From Setoptus koraiensis (taxonomy: Eukaryota; Animalia; Arthropoda): DNA of 64,000 nt. Below the pieces are notes generated by a model. The model did no database searches, was not told the DNA's origin, and saw only the letters and a program-made list of their open reading frames with translations. Positions 58,363 through 64,000 of the stretch are shown here, in pieces; position 1 is the stretch's first letter; the number at the start of each line of letters is the position of its first letter. The stretch is taken from contig CM106585.1 in NCBI GenBank assembly GCA_048013815.1, positions 5,828,001 to 5,892,000 on the forward strand, written 5' to 3'. The position numbers were made by a program, and so were the translations under genes.

Positions 58363-60800
58363 ACACACTGCAAGGCCTCTAGTAAAAGCTGACAAGATGG
58401 TGAGAGTCGCGCAGTGAGATAACCGAACCAACACTCTGTTGGCGAAGCACGCTCGCTGGCCGGCACTGACTGACGCCCGGGCCAGCCGAACCGCTCCAGC
58501 CACTCACCTGGTGCGGCCAGTCGCGGGCCGGGCCGCCTACGGCGGCTCCAGTTTTGCGGCTCCAGTTTTGCGGCTCCAGTTTTGCGGCTCGCCCGATCGC
58601 TCGGCGCCCCCGAACTCGTCCGCCGGCCGGCACCGGATGTGGACGGAGCACAGGGGGGCGGCGCGCGGCGAGCGTGAAGCCCAAACGCAACGGACGGTGC
58701 AACACAAACAGTAACTGGCAAACAGTTTGCCCGTAAACAGGTTTATCGCGTTACGAGCGCGCTTAATTGCTACCTCCGATCCAATGTCATTGTTGTGTCT
58801 CTCGCTGGCTTCTTATCGGCTTCTCATATTCGCATTGGCTCCGCTTGCGCTGGCCGGCCCGCCTGTGCGCTAACTGTCGCCCGATTCGAAGCGCACACTT
58901 GTTGACACTTCCTCCAGTGCCGTCTGCCGAGCGGCGTTTGCGGCTTGGCTCGCCACTGTGCCCGCAACGGGCGCAATCGGCCGCAAACACCCGCAATCGA
59001 CCGCAATCACCCGCCAGCGGACGCAATTGCTCGCAACGACGCCGGTATCAGGCTGTGATCGGACAATGCCATTGGCGTGTCAACTCGTTCGCCCGCGCCA
59101 CCGGGCCGATCGATCGCGCGCCAATCACGCAAACCGACGTCGGCGCTGCCGTCGTTGTTGTTGTTGTCGTCGCTGTTTTCGTTGTTGTTGTTGTTGTTTT
59201 CGTTGGCGCTGTCGTCTTGGCCGGCCCGCTCGCCGCTCACCTGGTGACATTGGCCAGACACTGGTTGTGGCAGTTCAACGTATCATTATCGGGCGCGTCG
59301 GACTGTATGCACTTGTTGCGCTTGTTGTCATCGACTGGTGGCAGCGCTCGCTTTGCGCGTCCCGTTTGGGGCGACAGGGCGGCTGTGGCGGGCACGAGTT
59401 GAGCATGTTGCTGTTGCAGCTTTCAATGGCACGCCGATAATTAGCTTGCGGTCTGCGCGCCGGCGCCTTGCCAGCCGTCGACTGTCAGCCGGGCAAAGTT
59501 CGGGGGTTGACAAAGTCGGGCAAAGTTGACGGGGCACGGGCACAGTTGGCGTGGCGGACGCGGCGCACCGTCAATCAGATGCGCTCCTCGATGCGCGAGG
59601 CTCGATCCGGGGCACCCAAGGCGCAAGCCGATTTAGTGGCTGGCTGGCGGCGCCACCAATGACGCAAGTGCCTGTTGCGCACACTGAAACAGCATATGCA
59701 AAAATGAAAATGTGTGCTCGATGGGCCGACCGAGCACATTTTCATCGAGCGCCGAGCTGCTCGCAAACACTTTCGTTGCATCCATTGTGCTCGACACAAG
59801 CTCGGCAAGCTCGACACAAGCTCGGCAAGCCCGACACGAACTCGGCAAGCTCGCCTTTTTATCGGCTGGCCCGATAAAAAGTCGGCGAGCTCGACACAAG
59901 CCCGATAAAAAGCGCGGCTTGTCGCTGGCGAAACGAGCAGCAAGACGAGCCAGAGACGGAAAAGTGTTGCTCTTTGGGCTGACGACATTACATGATTGCC
60001 GCTATTACGCCGCCAGGCCATTATGGCACGCGGAAAGTAACAAGACAAAATCAATGCCAAGTAAATCATGAGAGCCGTCGTTTAACAATCGCGTATCCTC
60101 CTATTCGCATGGGCGCTCGTCGATGCTCGACGCTTGTTGTTTGCCGGCTGACGCTTGTTGTTTGTCGGTTGTCGCTGTCGGTTGTTGCTGTCGGTTGTCG
60201 CTGTCGGTGCTCGCCGAGTGCAGTTTGGATAGCAGAATCGGCTGAACAGATACACCAATTATCCGCACACACACACATGCAGTTATTAGCCGCAGACGGA
60301 TAGCAGATAAATATTCTTTTTTTGTGCTTAATCTGCCCGGCTGACGGCACGCAAGCGGCAGTTTCCACAAGAGTCGTATCCAGCTCATATCCAGCTCATA
60401 TCCATCTCATGCTCATCGCATATCCATCTAGAGAGCCGCGGCGAGCAGGTATTTATGACACCATACAAAACATATTCCATCAATGAGCGCCATCGACGAG
60501 CATGCCAGCCGAGCTGAGCGTACGTACGTCTTGTCGGGCCGACAATGCCAAGCGCTGCTAGATGCTCCCTGATGCCGTCAGCATGTTGCTGTTGTTGTTT
60601 ATCCGATAATAGTCGGCGATATTTGCACTGTTGCCGTTGCTGTTGTTGCCGCCGTTGTTGTTGCCGCCGTTGTTGTTGCCGCTGCTGTTGCCGCTGTTGT
60701 TGTTGCCGTTGTTGTTGTTGTTGTTGTTGTTGCTGTTGTTGCTGTTGTTGTTGCTGTTGCGCACCCAATGCACTTTTTGTCAGCTACCTGTGTGCCTTAA
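57540..60800. other. Second GC-rich low-complexity non-coding block with short tandem repeats and (TTG/CTG)n tracts
   Basis: Repeats at 57655, 58542 and 59789; (CA)n near 58325; triplet tract about 60625-60760. No credible coding motifs. Confidence 0.7.
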
Positions 60801-63712
60801 GTAACCTTAACATGCCGATATGTCAATACCGACGAACAGCAAACTGGTTCTTGTTGTTTGCACCATCCATGGGATGGCACCATCTCGCACTGACGCCGAT
60901 GACTCGCTACTACCAACAGCACACTGCAGCGAAAAACAAATTGATCAACAGCAACAATTTGTTGCTCATACTCAATTCATGATAATCATAATTTGCCTGC
61001 TGCTTCCATCGAGCTTAATATATTAGTATTAATGCTTGTGCCGAGCCAGTGCAAATGATGGCCGACCGGACCAGATACCAAGCGTGTGCACCATTGTGTA
61101 ACCGGCCAATAATTGGCGCTGGGCTCACACTTTGACTGGCTTTCGCTGGGGGCCGCAACTGTCAGCCACTAACTACTAGCCACTAACTATCATTAAATTG
61201 GCGTCTCATCATTAAACTGCCAGTGAGTCACTGGCGGCATCGCCGGCCCAAAGGTGAGCACACAACAGTCTGCAAACATGACACCAGTGTCCATCATCAC
61301 AACAGTGTCAAGACTGAAAAATAGTGTCAAGACTGCGCAGGTAGTGTCGAGACTGGAAAATAATGTCAAGAGTGCAAAATAGAGGAAATAATAGCCGTGT
61401 CGCACACTGTCACAAACTGTCAGCTGACAGCACAATCCCTGCCAGCTGACGAACAGTTATTTCCTAGATCCTTCAAGGCGACTTCCAGGTTGCAACATGT
61501 GCCCGGCGGTGTCGCTTGGCTCGTCGCTTGGGCCCCAATCGATTACATTGTGTGTCGGTGTGTCGGTGTGTCAGTGTCACAACAAACGGCGTGACATGCG
61601 ACAGCGTAACGTTCACCATGCGACCATGTTTGCAAAATGAAAATGTCAAAATCAAATGTCGTTGTACACAAATCGCCCTGCGTTATGCAAATGAGCAACA
61701 AAACGACAGCATGTTGCTGTCAGATTCTGGAAACTGTAAACAGATTAACACACGCCAATCTTTGGCCCGTTTGGTGAGCACTGTACTTCTACTATACACT
61801 ATAGTGTATAGTAGGCGAAGCAGACGACCACAAATACAACAAATCATTGGCGCCTCACAATGATAATTAATACAATGTAATCATAAATGCATGCATGATA
61901 ATTACAGTATCACCGCCAATTTTGCGACCACAATCACCCATTGGAGCCACTCTGCCAATTGACAGTGGCAATTAATGGCTTGTTAGTGGTTGGGCGCAAT
62001 CAAACATTGTATCGCGTTGATAGAAGCACGCGTGTCATCAATAGATCAGCGCAAACGATTACAATCTGAAGAATTAGCTCCACTGTAATTGATCGATCAA
62101 CATGCCTCTCGTGCCGGAGGCAGCCCAACTATGTCGGCGCGTCGTTACGTGACTAATCGAATCATTGGATTATCCAATCGGATATTACGTAATCATAATA
62201 ATGATAAAAAGTGAAACAAGTTGCTTTATAACACCGTATGCGTAGTCTATGCGGAAGTATCAATGTATGATGCAATGGAGCACTATTGCCGGGGTAGTCA
62301 CATAGTTGCGAATGTACTTTTTTGGCTCACTTGAATCAATAATTTTCTTGTATCCAACGAGATTCGTTCCCAGAAACTTCAGGCCGGTTGCTGTTTTTTG
62401 CTGTCACTGGCACGGGCACTTTTTCTGTACTCGCCAAGGGGAAGTGCTGTTGTCGTCTGGTTGTGTGTCGTAGTTTGTGAGTCGCTGAATTACACTTACA
62501 TGCTACTCACCTGTCAAATAACCACTCGTGTGCTGACAGTAGAGAGAGTGGTGGCGGGTAAAACCAAATAGGGAAAAATTGTTCCTTTTAGCAATGGTGT
62601 CAAGACGAGCTAGCCAATATTTATTGCCTGGCTGGACAGAATGTGCGATTTATCGCCGTCATATCTATTTTCTCGGTCGTCGATAGCACTTTGTTTATCT
62701 GATGTCAGTCTGGCGTATTTCACGTGTTTGCCTGATGTTTGTCACGACGCCACTTGGTGCAGATATTTTTTGGCGGCCACTGATAAGACGTGATTGCTCG
62801 CATGGGCAGTTTAGCAATCACTATTTCAGATCACGATGGAAAAACTGGTCAGACAATCGCCATCGTTTAGTCAATCTCAAATTCACACGTTGCACCGGAG
62901 AAAAATAAGTGAAAATTTTGATAAACGCCAGAGAGATTTGGAAGCCAGGCAAGATCCTCGAACAAAAAAGCGTCGCATTATGCGGATAAAAACAAACATT
63001 CGCCGAGACGCCGAGACGCCGAGACGCCGAGATTTGCTGCCGAGATATCGCGCCCAATTCAAATCTGCTCGGAGCGCATGCGCAATAGCGTAACCGAAAA
63101 AGAAGATTTATTTACGCGAACGTCACAGGGGGACGAGTTCGGGGGTGGAGAGGCGTGTATGTTTATTTTGTGCATTCTTTGATTTATTGCGCGCAATAAG
63201 CGCACTCTGTTAGCCGCCTGTTGATGCAGCCGATGACCTCACTCTTTCTGTGGCCAACTGGAATTGTATCAATTTGTTTGTTTTTCATCAATGAATTACC
63301 ATACTATTACTATTATTATCACCAAACAATATCAACTGACCACACAAATATACGCACATTTATAACGGCACCCCTGGGCTGGATTCTCATGCACGGAAAC
63401 ACAGGGCAAGAATATATTATTGAGAGCACAACTGGACAACGACGCAAATTTTAATATCCAACTGGCCTCTTTCTCACAATTATCTCTCCCTAAGCAATTC
63501 CGTCGGCTCAAAACGGACATCGTGCCCGGACAACATTTCTGACTGAGACAGCAGCATATCAATTTGCATATCGCCCCTCTTTGGTGGCTTCTATTCCCAC
63601 CTTTCGACACTACAAACGATCAGTATTAGCAACCAAGCGGCAGCACAAATCCAAAGCCACGTTACACAGCACTCATCACAACAGTACGAGCATCAGATGG
63701 CCAGCATGAATT

Positions 63713-64000
63713 ATGGGTACGTTAGAATTGGAAACTATTAAAAACTATTTATTGAAAATCGGCTACAAGATAGAATATCAATATCTGGTGCACGATTTCA
63801 AACAGTTTCTCTGCAATCCCGACCCGCAGCTTCAAGCACAAATACGCAATCAATTCAAAGATTATGTAAATAGACTGGCAACTGTGTCCATCGAAGATGG
63901 CAAGAAATTCATCATACTTAGGTCCGAGTTTCGGCCACCAAAACCACCGCCCAGACGACACCAAAGCACTAGATCTACTTATGATCAAGTGCCAGCACCT
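63713..64000 (+). CDS. SOWAH: 5' part of a SOWAH (sosondowah ankyrin repeat) family gene, running off the window
   Basis: The ORF is absent from the track because it has no stop in the window. MGTLELETIKNYLLKIGYKIEYQYLVHDFKQFLCNPDPQLQAQIRNQFKDYVNRLATVSIEDGKKFIILRSEFRPP matches the recalled SOWAH N-terminal pattern (FKxFVNxVAxVKxxDGVKxVVLR). In-frame TGA at 63707 lies upstream of the ATG. Confidence 0.8.
   Translation, partial: MGTLELETIKNYLLKIGYKIEYQYLVHDFKQFLCNPDPQLQAQIRNQFKDYVNRLATVSIEDGKKFIILRSEFRPPKPPPRRHQSTRSTYDQVPAP

Noticed and set aside
57564-60982. Poly-Q/poly-C and Arg-rich ORFs; short direct repeats as a possible CRISPR array
   Set aside because: The ORFs derive from triplet repeats. 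The repeats are head-to-tail with no unique spacers, the context is eukaryotic and there are no cas genes.
63749-63988. Minus-strand 79-aa ORF
   Set aside because: Antisense shadow of the SOWAH coding sequence.

Overview
This is eukaryotic (animal) genomic DNA. The gene set and architecture suggest an arthropod with a very compact genome, probably an acariform mite such as an eriophyoid; the taxon is an inference. Bases 1-26 kb are an AT-rich, densely packed housekeeping cluster with few introns, most about 75-160 nt long. It contains the 3' end of an LRR-like gene, SPCS1, a small orphan, ORC5, muscle myosin regulatory light chain, a small secreted Cys-rich acidic protein, TBC1D9-like, DHX35, a miniature MICAL-like/EHBP1-type NPF-bMERB adaptor, MDH2, RPF2, a 96-aa SYCE2-like coiled-coil candidate, ZnT1-like zinc exporter with an upstream MRE cluster, and delta-type sarcoglycan. 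Two decayed gene fragments sit between these genes: a uridine-cytidine kinase pseudogene and a partial copy of DHX35. From about 27 kb the sequence changes to large loci with GC-rich, repeat-rich flanks: a 1491-codon uninterrupted DYRK4/smi35A-like kinase ORF with an insert inside the kinase domain and an unexplained 7 x 18-aa repeat tail, a 10-exon ESRP/fusilli splicing regulator on the minus strand (56277-39269), and the start of a SOWAH-family gene running off the right edge. No CRISPR array, rRNA, convincing tRNA or recognisable transposase was seen. All homology calls are by eye against recalled family motifs; no database search was run.
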